A DNA stretch of 63,192 nt, filler included, from Globobulimina sp. (lineage: Eukaryota), in NCBI GenBank assembly GCA_003354225.1. It is 43 parts of 43 records of this genome, joined end to end, with 100 filler letters (N's around TTAATTAATTAA, not from the genome) between each part and the next. Parts side by side here need not be neighbours in the genome. Positions count along the whole stretch, not along the records: positions 36,810 to 38,181 come from PIVH01017766.1; positions 38,282 to 39,653 come from PIVH01017767.1; positions 39,754 to 41,125 come from PIVH01017768.1; positions 41,226 to 42,597 come from PIVH01017769.1; positions 42,698 to 44,069 come from PIVH01017770.1; positions 44,170 to 45,540 come from PIVH01017771.1; positions 45,641 to 47,011 come from PIVH01017772.1; positions 47,112 to 48,482 come from PIVH01017773.1; 35 more parts are not named here. One strand, 5' to 3'. Below the pieces are notes generated by a model that worked only from the letters and a program-made list of their open reading frames with translations, made no database searches and was not told where the DNA came from. Positions within the stretch are counted from its first letter, which is position 1, and every line of letters starts with the position of its first letter. Shown piece after piece: positions 37,207 to 50,053 of the stretch. The position numbers and the translations under genes are program-made.

Positions 37207-37790
37207 TTTCAATACTATGACAATTGCCAATATTACGATAGAAACAATAACTGGTATTAACACTGTATTTATTTTCATCTCATATAATTTTGGATAAATA
37301 TCTTTTCGTTTGATTAAAGTTAACATATCGTCAAGAAATGGTATATTATTTGCAATCAAAGGTTGCATTTCTTGTATTTTCCCATCATCATCACTCTCCT
37401 CATCATTATTATTACAACATCGTATCACAAATTTCTGCATTTCAATGAATGATTCCTGTTTAATTTGCAATCCATTAAACTGATGAACTATAACCATAAC
37501 ACGTACTAAAGCAACCAAACAAATTATATTTAAAATAGAAACGCCATTAAATAATATGGATCGTAACGAATTGCCATCGATAAAAAACACGCGATATAAT
37601 ATAAACATGGTCAGCGATGATGTTATAATTAATATCCATAAAAGTGGCAATTCCTGTTCAGCAAAAAATAATTTCCCTTCAGACCCTAAAAACGATCGTA
37701 TTTCCAACCAACCCAAAATATTTGATTTCCGCTTTAATGATAAATATAAATGTTCCGGAAAATATTTACCTTCCATCTGTTCTGAATATG
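37180..37790 (-). CDS. Eukaryotic multi-pass membrane protein, C-terminal fragment
   Basis: Three hydrophobic helices; NILGWLEIRSFL. Confidence 0.55.
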
Positions 37791-37861
37791 AAACTTATAC
37801 CGGTTAGAAGCTGTCCCAGACCATCCACCGGTAGAACTTCATCCAGACCGTGTAGTGGTGC

Positions 37862-38045
37862 AAGCACTTGTCCTCCACCAATGTTATGTACAATAAGTGG
37901 TCTTTCACCATTAGGCGATTTTCTATCTACCACAATTCCTATGTGCGTTATGCCTCCACCCAGATTCCAGCAAACAATATCACCTGGCAAATAATCCTTC
38001 GCTAACTGAGACATCTCTTTTACCTGTCCAAAACGAGTAAAAAAG
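37862..38045 (-). CDS. Bacterial DUF1287-family protein fragment
   Basis: FFTRFG.......DYLPGDIVCWNLGGGITHIGIVVDRKS..GERPLIVHNIGGGQVL; both ends missing. Confidence 0.75.
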
Positions 38046-38056
38046 GTCCCGGACAT

Positions 38057-38181
38057 ATGCACGAAGAACGAGTTTTAGAGTTTCAATCCTATATAGAGAC
38101 ACATAGGGGATTAGCAAAATCCACTGTTAAGGAGTATGGGTATGACCTTAAATACTACTACCAATGGATTGAAAAAGAGAA
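38057..38181 (+). CDS. Bacterial tyrosine recombinase (XerC/D-like) N-terminal fragment (not in the ORF track)
   Basis: MHEERVLEFQSYIETHRGLAKSTVKEYGYDLKYYYQWIEKE fits F..Y....RGL...TV..Y..DL. Confidence 0.7.
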
Positions 38182-38913
38182 NNNNNNNNNNNNNNNNNNN
38201 NNNNNNNNNNNNNNNNNNNNNNNNNTTAATTAATTAANNNNNNNNNNNNNNNNNNNNNNNNNNNNNNNNNNNNNNNNNNNNCATCAGAAAACACCAGTTA
38301 TTCAGCAAGCCAAACCGGTTGATTTTGAAGAACTGAAGTGCTCCTATGTGGCCTGTTCTCCAACAATTGAAATCGCTGAAATGACATACAGGGCTAATCT
38401 TAAAATTAAGCAATGGCAGACAGCTGCGTGACGACAGATTCGGGTTTAATCATCAGTTTGCCTTGATTTTTGGATCTTGTTTTAAACAGCGAAAGCATTG
38501 CTGGGTGAAACATAAATAAACAACAGAAACTAAAACAATGGAAATAATACCACTTGATTTTGCATCAGTCATAATGTTAAGTCAATATACATTATATATT
38601 GTTGTGTGAAGTTATGTTTTATAGAATTCAATACAAAATATAGGGAGTACAAAATGTCTCAAAAGTACAATTTCAAATTTGTGAAGCGAATCTAAAGCAG
38701 TTAGTATCAATATCTTTCAATGTCAATATGAATCATTTGACTTTAAGTCCATTTAAACCAAGATTCCGGAGTGAAATTTCTCAGTCTGGGCGAATAACCG
38801 TCAATGGAACGCTCACCGAAATACATGATTTTCATTCTGATCTTATTTTTAAAACATTCAGACCATGTTAAGAAATTTAAATATCTTCCTCTATATTTAT
38901 TATTTACAAACTA

Positions 38914-39653
38914 TTGGAAATCAACATATTTATCAAAGATGTAAATGTCGGACAAGCAATAAAAAAAACCTGTGTCTATTTGAAGTTTGCTGAAATGATA
39001 CAAAATGCAGATACATTAACAGGGAATGATGCATTTGTTAGAATTGTCCCCGATTATGACGATAAAAGATCCGTTCGGAGTGCAACTATTAAAAATCAGT
39101 ATGTCACTTGTTTGTTTTTTTAATACCAAACACATGAATTATTAATTATATAATGTAGAAAAAATGCAACATGGAATGAACAGTTTTGTTTTGATGGTTT
39201 GGTGCAAGAGTTAGAGTTTCATATTTATGATGTTGATGGTATGGGTGTTTTTACCTGGAATGAATATGTTGCTTCAGGACGTATCCATATTAATGATGAA
39301 TCAAATCATTATGATTTAAGAATAAGATTAAGTGATATGGCAGATGCATATATCGGAGCGTTAGTGATGGATATTTATCAAATAACAGATACAGTGATCG
39401 TTGGTATGGAGATCGTCAAAACTTGTGTTGGTATTATTAAAGCAGCTTTTTATACAAATACAGATACATTTTCTGAAAACGATGCATTTGTTAAAGTGGT
39501 ACCAAATTATTCCGAACAACTCACACAACAAACAAAAACGATTCAAAATAGCAATGAGCCAGAATGGGATCAGGTACTTTGCTTTGAAGGAGAAATTGAG
39601 AATATGGAGTTTTATATTTACGATGTGGATCGGGGAATTGGTTTTAATTCATT
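38914..39653 (+). CDS. Tandem C2-domain protein fragment, intron 39099-39158
   Basis: Two copies of D....NDAFV.....T..I.N....W....CF......EF.IYDVD. The 60-nt intron joins KNQ|KNATWNE. Confidence 0.8.
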
Positions 39654-39753
39654 NNNNNNNNNNNNNNNNNNNNNNNNNNNNNNNNNNNNNNNNNNNNTTA
39701 ATTAATTAANNNNNNNNNNNNNNNNNNNNNNNNNNNNNNNNNNNNNNNNNNNN

Positions 39754-41125
39754 CTCCCTCCCATTCGAACCACAACTTGCGTAATATTCTCGTCGCTGAA
39801 TTTAAATCCCTTTTCTTGCCAATATTGCATTAAATTGTTGCCGCCGGGGAATGGATCCTTTATGGTACGGTCCGAATTGATGCTTAATAGTGTACCATAA
39901 ACGTGTTTGTTTATCGATTCCTTATTTTCATTCTCTGCAATAATAGCATTGGTTGCGTCATTCGGATCGATGCAATTTGCAACAATCACTTGCAACTCTT
40001 TTGTATTGTCGTTCACATTCAATCGAGTCACAAAATCCAGGCTTCGATGTTTGGTTTCTTGCCACACCGAATATCTCTTCACCGGCTCAAAGTTAATGGA
40101 CTTATTCACATTTTGCAAATTGGGCCAAGTCATAGCTAACCGGCCCGTTGCCGTACTCGTCTGTAACACGCACGAATGGATCCTGTCAATGTCAAAATAT
40201 TTATCTTTGGCAGTCATTCGCGGCAACGGCTCCACATAAGTTTGCAGGAATTTTGTCAATGTCCGATATTCCATAATAATCCCCGGCAATGGGTGCAAAT
40301 CGATCATTTGCTGCAAAACTTCAGATTTCGTAGACAATTGCACTGCTTTTTTATTCTTATTTTCCCGCTGCTTCTTATTTGCAATCAGCACAGCTTTTCG
40401 CGGCGGCGCTAATTTTAGCACATTAAATAAAATATGACTGCATTCTTTGGGTGAGGATAAGTTAAATTTGCGTCCAACCAAAGTATATGCCATGGTCGAT
40501 AAGTACTCAATTTTGCAATTCAGCTCAATTTCGTACCGCTTTGCTAGTTTGGCGTCGAAACCAATGCCGTGATATTCCATATCGATTAAGACATTAATTA
40601 ATTTGGTCTCCACCAACAAAAATGAGCGCAATAACTTCCTCCGATACAATGTACTGAGCATAAAGTGCATACATAGCCATATTTTCCAACAATGCAAGCC
40701 ATGGTCACGCGACACTGTGCTCAGTGCTTTTTTGCCCGGCGGGACGGTCACTAATTGGTCATGAATCTCGATGTTTGTATTTAGTAATTTGCGCTGTGCT
40801 TCTAACACATTTGGACACCAACAGCCAAATATATCGCACATATTATGTGTTTTTGTAGTGCTCGATACCAAATCCGGCTCAATTAACCAATGCGCAATGC
40901 GCGGATCCCATATTTTGCCTTTTATGTCAATACCAATACGCCGCAGTATTTCTATCTGCATTTTGCTGTTGTACGATATCTTGATAGTGCGCGGATTCTC
41001 AAATACGCCAACAATATCACTCCAAATCGCAGGCTTACGCACAAAACCCGACACTTTACGCAAAATATGATTTAATTCAATGATATAACTCCGTTTGGAC
41101 GACCATGAAATTGCAAATCCACCAA
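39754..41125 (-). CDS. Family A DNA polymerase, Pol theta-like, internal fragment
   Basis: DPRIAHWLIEPD, DMEYHGIGFD, FNLSSPK....LF..LKL, STKSEVL, HPLPGIIMEYR.LTK, TATGRL....PNLQN, followed by a long insertion as in Pol theta. Confidence 0.85.
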
Positions 41126-41296
41126 NNNNNNNNNNNNNNNNNNNNNNNNNNNNNNNNNNNNNNNNNNNNTTAATTAATTAANNNNNNNNNNNNNNNNNNN
41201 NNNNNNNNNNNNNNNNNNNNNNNNNACAGTTAACGTTTTCAGAATAATCTGAAGATTACAATACAATCTAATCTGTATAATATATATAGCAACAAC

Positions 41297-42410
41297 ATGT
41301 ACAATTGCAAGGAAATGCTGTGCAGAGAAATTGTCCATCGATGGAGCACTGTTTGAGTGTTCAAAGGATAATAAAATTAGAAATATTCCATACCAAATAT
41401 GCGAATTTGCTACAAATCAACCAATATATAGCAAAATGTAAAGAATTTAATGATTTAAATAACGATTATAAACATTTTACTACCTTTCATTTATCAAACG
41501 ATGATAAAAGCAAATTCAATCAAATATTTAAAGAATATGAAATAATTTATGATTTTATCAATAATTGTAATAAAAATAAAAATAAATCATTATCTGACAA
41601 TGAACTCCAATTTTTTAGTAAAACTATGGATAAAATATATAACGCAATGTCTGACAAATCACAATTGACAAAATTCTATAACAACAAAAACAACACAAAC
41701 CCAAAAAATAATTATAAACCAATAAAAAAAGAGATTATTGATTTAGTTTCCTGTGACGAGGTAAACCCAAAACCAATAATATTCCCCATACAAAATACAA
41801 TTAATACACCAAACAATACCAACAATAAAACATCAAAAATATGTACAGAAAATCTTAAAATACCTCGATATCGGCCAAATAATCTCAACGTTAACAAAAA
41901 AGGTATAATATATACAATATCTTTTTTTTATGTATAAGTCTGAATATATGAATATCCGTTTTAGTGACTCAGCATCCCGCAATGTGTCGAGAAGCCAGGT
42001 TTGAATGTGGTGAATGTGGCAAAAAATATAAACATTTATGTAATTTGAAATCGCATGAAAAAATCCATAGTGATGAAGCGTTGATATGTCCGTATTGCCA
42101 CAAACGGTTTGGAAGGAAAGCTAATTTTGATGAACATTTGCGAATTCATACCGGGGAGACACCATATCAGTGCTCATATTGTTTTCGGAAGTTTAAGCAT
42201 CATCATTCGTGGAAGGACCATATCCGTATACATACCGGCGAGAATCCCTATGGCTGTCATATTTGTAACAAGAAATTCAAAGTGGGCCATAATTTAACAG
42301 TGCATTTAAGGATCCATACCGGCGAGAAACCATATACTTGCAAAATATGTTACAAACAATTCAGGCAAAAATCGGGACTTAATTCGCATATTAAACGCAT
42401 TCATAAATAA
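41297..42410 (+). CDS. C2H2 zinc-finger protein (five fingers), intron 41903-41964
   Basis: Five C-x2-C...H-x3/4-H fingers with HTGE.PY linkers. The 62-nt intron joins NKK|VTQH. Confidence 0.9.
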
Positions 42411-42819
42411 GTGTATACTCAATTTGACAGAATTAAATAAAAATTATTAATTACATATTATACTCACCTTTTTTTTTCTATCTCCTTTTTTCTATTTGTG
42501 TGTCTTTAGTAAGTTTGTCTTTTTGTATGTTACAGTCACATATATACTCTCTGCAGTTTTTTTTGTTATAACTGTCTGACTCGGTTGGTTTCCATACNNN
42601 NNNNNNNNNNNNNNNNNNNNNNNNNNNNNNNNNNNNNNNNNTTAATTAATTAANNNNNNNNNNNNNNNNNNNNNNNNNNNNNNNNNNNNNNNNNNNNATA
42701 ATTAATAAAATAACGGTTAACGCCACATTGTTAAATTGCATTCAATTTGCACGCTTTAATCATGTAATTATTCACGTCACGTTTGATTGTTTAATCTTGT
42801 CCTACTCCAAAACTTTAAA

Positions 42820-44069
42820 TTATTTAACAATAAACTTTTCGTTGAAAGATGCAACTAAGCCATCAACATTATTATTGTCTGCTGGTAGTAGTGCTGATAT
42901 TTTCTGATTTGGTGTGACCATTTCATCCGTATTGGTTGACATAAATCGCAAATATTTCTTACTCAATTTGATCATATCTTGATTGGATACAAATTGATCT
43001 AAAATACTCAGATTATTGACAACATTTTTCGTCTTTGAATTTGATTCTAAATATGTCGATCTTATAATTAATAAAGTTATTAAAAATTCAAACACTTCAC
43101 ATGATATTGGATGCGATATATTTTTTAAGTTAACTTTGTCCAATGGTTCGAATTCCAATATAAACTTTTTTTTATTGAGTAGCCATTGATGACATAGAGC
43201 AATATTCCTTACATCATCTTCTTCGTTCATATAATTGCAGTAAAGCTCATCATTGCTCTTTACATTTTTCGTGTAAATAGGGTCAAATCGCCGAAACTTT
43301 TCAAACTCCAAAAAGTCCAATTCCATTCTATAACATTTCTTATTTATATCATTCTCATTCTTTTCTTCTTGCTCTTTATCAATATCATCATCGATATTAT
43401 ATAAAGTCATAAATGCGCAATAAACAATTTTTGAGTCTAATTTCCGTTTTTTTTCTTCTAAACTCAATATGCATTTTGTATGACATAATCGCGTTAAAAT
43501 AGGTTTATATTTTGATGAAGGTATAACAAATAAATGTAAATTACCAGTTGCGATCCATATTTCTCGTCTATTATTTGTATTAAATTTTCGATTCATTTCC
43601 ATTTTTCGCACTAAATCCAATGCGATTTGGAATGATTCATATTCAAATTTAAATGGAAATTCATAAATGTTGTGTTGTTTTGGAAAAATAAGTGCAGACG
43701 AAGTTATTCCTAAATTTAGTGCCTGTAAAACTAATGTTAATCTCCGTAATAATAAAGCTAACCTATGACGTTGTGATGGTGCTGCTAAATATTCAATTAT
43801 TTCTTGCCGGTTTTTTAATTTTTCATCATTTGAATCGTCAGAATTTAGACTATGATCATCATCATCCTCGTCGTCCTCATCTGAGGTGTCATCCATAAAC
43901 GAGATTGATTCAACAAATGTATCGCACTCAACTAATACTTGTCGGGTTAAACTGATAGCGGAACAGATATGATTTGCAGTGATCTGTCGTGAATGTAATA
44001 AAATTGCTACTTCTAATGCAGGTTTTATTGATTCAACGGTATGGATCAAATAGAAAGTATCCTCCTGGA
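42820..44069 (-). CDS. Hypothetical protein; N-terminal part weakly resembles the RanGTP-binding (Yrb30-like) domain
   Basis: 409-aa open frame with SIKPALEVAIL and LLRRL..VL..LNL.I; the family call is tentative. Confidence 0.45.
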
Positions 44070-44169
44070 NNNNNNNNNNNNNNNNNNNNNNNNNNNNNNN
44101 NNNNNNNNNNNNNTTAATTAATTAANNNNNNNNNNNNNNNNNNNNNNNNNNNNNNNNNNNNNNNNNNNN

Positions 44170-44834
44170 AGCAATCCACTGGTATTGACGCTGTTGTATA
44201 TTACACACCGTTAACATTCCGGGATTTAGGTTTGAATGACGAGAAAATATTATTATGCACTACTTTTTTGGGAATGAGCAAATTGTTTTTTATATTTATT
44301 GCAATGGCTTTGTTGGACCGTGTTGGAAGGAGAAAATTGTTATTACTCTCATCTGTTTTAATGATTATTGCTTTGTTTGGATTAATATTATCATTTTTAA
44401 TTGGCAGACCAGCCACATTTACAATATTTTTGCAATGCTTTTATGTGAGTGCATTTTCAATTGGTTGGGGCCCAATTTGCTGGGTTATGATTTCAGAGAT
44501 ATTCCCGTTGCAAATAAGAAGCAAAGGTATGGCTGTTTCGACCAGTATCAATAGACTGACTGCAGGGACTGTTGCTATGTTCTTTTTATCCATGAAAGAA
44601 TTGTTAACACCAATTGGTACATGGATTTTATTTACGATTGTAAGCATATTTGCGTTGGTATTTGTTTATAAATATGTACCAGAAACAAAAAATAAAACAT
44701 TGGAAGAAATTACAAATAGTTTGGTATATGGTGTTAAGCATTTTGCTGTGGATGATACTGAAATGCAAATAGAAATGAATATCGATATGACGAATAATGA
44801 CAGTAATGACAGAGTCCTCCTACACAATAAATAG
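44170..44834 (+). CDS. Sugar porter (MFS) transporter, C-terminal half
   Basis: QSTGIDAVVYY, LDRVGRRKLLL, FSIGWGPICWVMISEIFP..IRSKG, VPETK.KTLEEI. Confidence 0.93.
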
Positions 44835-45001
44835 CAATAATAAAAGGACAACATTCAATTTGTTGAAAATAACTGCTTTCTGTACAGTTTACCAAAAAAA
44901 CAGTTTTTGAAATACTATTTTCCCAAAATGTCAAACATGGCAATGATGGCATGGTATATTGAATTAATTGAAAAATAGTAATATTGTATAAAAAATGTTT
45001 C

Positions 45002-45540
45002 TTACAGATTGATTGCACCAAATAACTTTGCCAAATCATTATTAGTTGTTGGAAATTTACGGATTGCCTTTTTAATAGTTGGCACACTGTCTTTCTCTCC
45101 ATCTTGACATTGTTTTATCAATTTATCCAACTGCGTTTGTTTAAATGGACCAAATTTTAAAGCATTCTCATACAATCTTTGATAGTTTGGAGCATTCTTA
45201 TTATTTGTATTATCATTATTAAACATTTTATTCCTATAATATTCATTATATACCATTGCTAATACAATGCATGGTTTATATCTTTTTATTTTTGACAAAC
45301 AACTTTTTCGAATGGATCTATACGGAGCCATAATAAAATCTTTTTTCATATTTTGAAAATTTTCCAACTTTATCCCACTTAAACTTTTCTCATTTTTTAA
45401 TGTCAATCCAACGCGCGGTGAATTATAGAAATATTTTTCATATTCAATACCTTTTTCTTCCTGTTTCTCTTCTTCTTTTTTATTGATTCTCATCGGTGAC
45501 AACTCTTTGATTTTATAATTCTTTGCCAAATCAACATATA
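45002..45540 (-). CDS. Hypothetical protein, C-terminal fragment
   Basis: Open frame with SPRVGLTL and FIMAPYR. Confidence 0.5.
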
Positions 45541-45699
45541 NNNNNNNNNNNNNNNNNNNNNNNNNNNNNNNNNNNNNNNNNNNNTTAATTAATTAANNNN
45601 NNNNNNNNNNNNNNNNNNNNNNNNNNNNNNNNNNNNNNNNTTATTATTATCGAACTAATAGTTTTACGCAACTGCTGTACATGTCTGTTATCCTCACTC

Positions 45700-46804
45700 T
45701 GCTCACCATTTATATGTCAGTATTCTATGCCGCATGATCCATTATTAGTGGATAAAGAATATATTAGTGATAAATTTCCATTCTGTGCTAATAAATCGCA
45801 ACATCGACGCAAATTATACTGCGGAATGGTCGCTTGCGTTGATGAAGGAATTGGAAATATTACAACAATGAAAACACCATCTTTCATTTATGCACCATTT
45901 TACTTTACGGAAACATCAAAAACAATTTATAACGGATTAATACATTTAGTTGATTGGGGACCAACTTTATTATCCATTATTAATCAGCAAATTGGAAATA
46001 ATATTAATATTAATATAGATAATATGGGTGATATAGATGGGAAAGATCTGAGTCACATATTAAATATAAAAGGATTCGAAACTAATAATAAAGATATTGA
46101 TATTCGAACTGATCTTATTTTAGATTCAAATGGATGGACTAATTCAACTTCTTTTATTTATAATGATTTTAAATTAATATTAGGATTTTGTGGTGGCGAT
46201 TTTGTGTTTAATGAACCAGATCAACGATGGACAGTTAATTCAGATCAAAGATTGCCTGTAATGATAGTACCTGATGTTATTAATCGGTATATAATTCAAA
46301 CATTTTTTGGTTCAGATTATTGGTTTGTTGAATTTGCATTTGTTGCGGTTGCGGGTCGATTTCAGGATGCATTGTCAAGAGGTAAATTTTGTAATAGTCC
46401 AATGTTTCGCCATCCCGATGGATTTCCAAACAGGATATACGGATTCGCGGCCATTATGGACTCATATTACAGTTAATTGGGATAATATCGACGATCCTTT
46501 TGAACAATGCAAAATACGATTATATGATTTAAAAAATGATAAATCAGAGAGTAATAATATTGCATTGGAAAATAAAGATAAAATAAATGAAATGGTTAGA
46601 ATATTAAATAAAAGATTAAAAAAAGATGAAGGAATGATGGATTTAATGAGTGGATTGCAATATGGAATGTTTATTACTTTTCAAAAAGTCGCCATATTGG
46701 TTACAGTAACTTCTGTCATTCTTGTCGTTGCAATTGGAACTATTTTTTGTTGGTGTTGTAGTTGTTGCTGCTTCAAGAAAAAAAAGAAACGAAAGAGAGA
46801 CTGA
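45700..46804 (+). CDS. Arylsulfatase-like membrane-anchored protein fragment (intron 46382-46433)
   Basis: YMS...PHDPL, R..Y.GMV..VDEGIGNI, LIHLVDW.PTL, IDGKDL, LYDL.ND.SE..N, C-terminal TM plus Cys/Lys tail. The 52-nt intron joins SR|GYTD. Confidence 0.75.
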
Positions 46805-47111
46805 AACTGAAAGTAACAAAAAACTTTAAAAAACTCCAACTATTTAAATTAAATGTTAATTTCAACTCCAAATACCGATCCTTTCATTTCACACAGGGTA
46901 TCTCTTTTGATACCATATTAAAACAATCTCGAGCCAGAATAGGGTTTTTGCTTTTAGTTCATTTCTTCAATCAACATTTAAATTTTCTATTTTTACTAAC
47001 ATTTGAGTGCTNNNNNNNNNNNNNNNNNNNNNNNNNNNNNNNNNNNNNNNNNNNNTTAATTAATTAANNNNNNNNNNNNNNNNNNNNNNNNNNNNNNNNN
47101 NNNNNNNNNNN

Positions 47112-47606
47112 TGAACTCCATAAAAGACAATTGCTACATAAATAATTAAAGCATAAGCAGTTATAGCAAGAATGACAAACCATTGATACAATGTTTTTGA
47201 TATATTTTTACAATAACCAAATGCAGAAGAATTCAACGTATTTCTGTAATATTTATAATCGCAGACTCCATAGACGCTAAATAATGCCAAAATCACAATA
47301 TTCCAAAATGTTATTTTACCTAACAATTGAATTGTATATAAGAATCCAGAACGCAGACTGCCTAAATTTAAAACATTTACCTTTCCACCAACAAGAGACA
47401 CTACATCTGCAACGCATGGATGGAGGGCAGGTTTTTCCTGGAGAGAATGCTCGCATATACCATGGGCAACGTTTTTGGTGTTGGTTTCTAATGATGCATT
47501 TGCCAAAGCAATTAAGTTTAAAATTAGAGTGTAAGAAGTTTTGTGTAATATTTATAATTCGGATTCTTGTGTCGTTTTCACAGAAATACTAAACCTCTGC
47601 AAACTA
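47112..47606 (-). CDS. Hypothetical membrane protein fragment
   Basis: Hydrophobic helices; open to the linker. Confidence 0.45.
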
Positions 47607-48184
47607 CATTAATTTTAAGACAAACAAACAAAAATAGACGAAAAGAATATATACAGATATCCTGGATCTGGACCTGTAGACACAAACAATGTTAAACACT
47701 AAACACATTAAACATTAATTATTAATTTTATCAATTTTATAATTACACAAAATTATTAATTACATTAAAATTATTAAACTCTTATCTTTTTAGGTAGTGC
47801 TGAACTGTTGTTTTGTTTATGGGAAACTGCATTAAACAGCAATAACAACAACAATTAACACGAATATATAATAAACATACATTACAAACAAAAAAAGGAA
47901 TGTATAAAGAAAATAAAATAAACAAAACATAAACATGGACACAATTTGTTAGAATTTTCAAGAATCTTTTTTCTTTTTTTTTTGTCAATTATATCAACAA
48001 AAAACACAAAGAATAATTTATTTGGAAAACAACAAATAAAAAAAAATTAATTTATAAAATATGACACAAAATGAATTGAATATGGAACACATAAAACAGA
48101 AAAATGACAAATATTTAAACATATATCACAACTTAATTTAAATTTAACGTACTAAAATAAAATATTATTTTTATATAAAACACT

Positions 48185-48482
48185 CTAATTAAGCCATGGA
48201 TGCTTGTTAATTCCAACTAAATCAATTCGAGATTGTTCATATTGCAAAAATCTGGCAATCAAATCATAGCTATCATCGTCGAAATAGTGCAAAATATTCC
48301 ATGCATTTAATAATTGCCGCATTTTGTTATATTTCATAATATATTTAAAGGCATCATCCGTTTCGACCGCTTTCTCAAAGGGCACACTGCCGCTTATCAA
48401 TGAAAATAAACATATACCAACACACCAAACGTCATTTGCTTTACCATCAAATTCTTGTTTATTACAAACCTCCGGCGATTTA
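48185..48482 (-). CDS. Ser/Thr protein kinase, C-terminal lobe
   Basis: KSPEV....FDG..NDVWCVGICLF..ISG..PF...DLI..FL......R......HPWL. Confidence 0.85.
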
Positions 48483-48582
48483 NNNNNNNNNNNNNNNNNN
48501 NNNNNNNNNNNNNNNNNNNNNNNNNNTTAATTAATTAANNNNNNNNNNNNNNNNNNNNNNNNNNNNNNNNNNNNNNNNNNNN

Positions 48583-49073
48583 ATAAAATCTGAATTAGCA
48601 TCCATCAAAAAATTGGTGTAGATATTGTTATGACATACATTTTGTTTATGGAGTATCCACTCTGCTTGTTTTACTAACACGTCGAGCAAATGATAAGGAT
48701 CAACAGGCTTTATTAAGTATTTATCCACACCTATTTCAATAGCACGGATATAATACTCCTCAGCACTAAAAGCAGTTGTAACTATAATTGGCACTTCCTG
48801 ATCTATCGCCCGAATGCCCTCTGACATTTCAAGCCCATCCAGAAGAGGCATCTTTATATCAGTAAGCACAATATCCGGCTTATGCTTCTTAAAAAGCGCA
48901 AGACCTTCTTCGCCATTATAGGCATCATATAGAACGCCTACTTTCATCTTCAAAAAAAATGAACACAACTCATGGATACTTTCATCATCCTCAACATACA
49001 AAAGTGACATATTCTGTAATATTGATAGATCTAGATCTTTCTCACTCAGCTCTTTTTTCATAAGACCAAACAT
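48583..49073 (-). CDS. Bacterial response-regulator receiver-domain protein, N-terminal fragment
   Basis: LLYVEDD, PDIVLTDIKMPLLDGLEM, PIIVTTAFS, GVDKYLIKP. Confidence 0.92.
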
Positions 49074-49104
49074 CCCTATACTCTGTTATCAACCTGAAAC
49101 AATG

Positions 49105-49953
49105 GTGTTGTAACAATAAACATGATTTCCCAGTTCCTGTATCTCCGACAAGCACAAATTTTAATAAGTAATCATAGGAACTCACTTTTTGTTTTTCTCT
49201 CTGATTAACTTTTATCATTTCCATATCAGATTTATTTATGGAGTTTGTGTTTTTATCAATGAACTTAATTCGTTGATTGCAGTTAAATATTCTGAATTTT
49301 TTTGATAAATATTTATTAAATATTACGTGACAACGAATACGCACAAGATATAATGGAATATTTTTAGTTTCAATGAAGTTGGATACAATGTCGTTGTATA
49401 TATTATTTAGTAATATCTCTATTTTATTTTGTTGGAATTCATTTGCTATTTCACATAATAATGCAACCTGTGTTTCGTTTTCAACTCTGATGCATAAATA
49501 CCATGAACTGAGAAGGTTTTCATTATTTTGCAATTCCAGATTAATACAAATGAATTTCTGCTGTATTGGTGCAGAAGATAAGTGAAATGATATCAACCCA
49601 TCTAATTGGTATCCATTTGGAGGTATTATAGAATTAAAGATTGTTGCGGTGGAATGCTTATATGGTTGTGAGTGTAAAATAGATGATGTGTCTGCATCAC
49701 TGTCGTCATCGCAATAATAAACTATGATGTCATTTATCTTGACGAATCTTGCTATGACAGTGTTAATAAGCATCAGTAATGAAAGGATAATGCAAAATCT
49801 TCTAACAAAAACTATCTTTATTACTCAAAAGTCAACATAGAATATGGCTATTAATTATCCAGCTGCCAGTGCCGCATATTCGAATATTTCATTCTCCAAC
49901 CAATCATTTTGTTTCATCGACTAAACCCAAAATGTTATCTGTGTTATTATTAT
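49105..49953 (-). CDS. Eukaryotic protein with the start of a Rab-type GTPase domain, cut at a chimeric junction
   Basis: YDYLLKFVLVGDTGTGKSCLL (Rab G1 motif) follows a long unrelated N-terminal region; similarity stops abruptly after it. Confidence 0.7.
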
Positions 49954-50053
49954 NNNNNNNNNNNNNNNNNNNNNNNNNNNNNNNNNNNNNNNNNNNNTTA
50001 ATTAATTAANNNNNNNNNNNNNNNNNNNNNNNNNNNNNNNNNNNNNNNNNNNN

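Noticed and set aside
46307-46476. Apparent frameshift in the sulfatase
   Set aside because: Explained by a 52-nt GT-AG intron (46382-46433).
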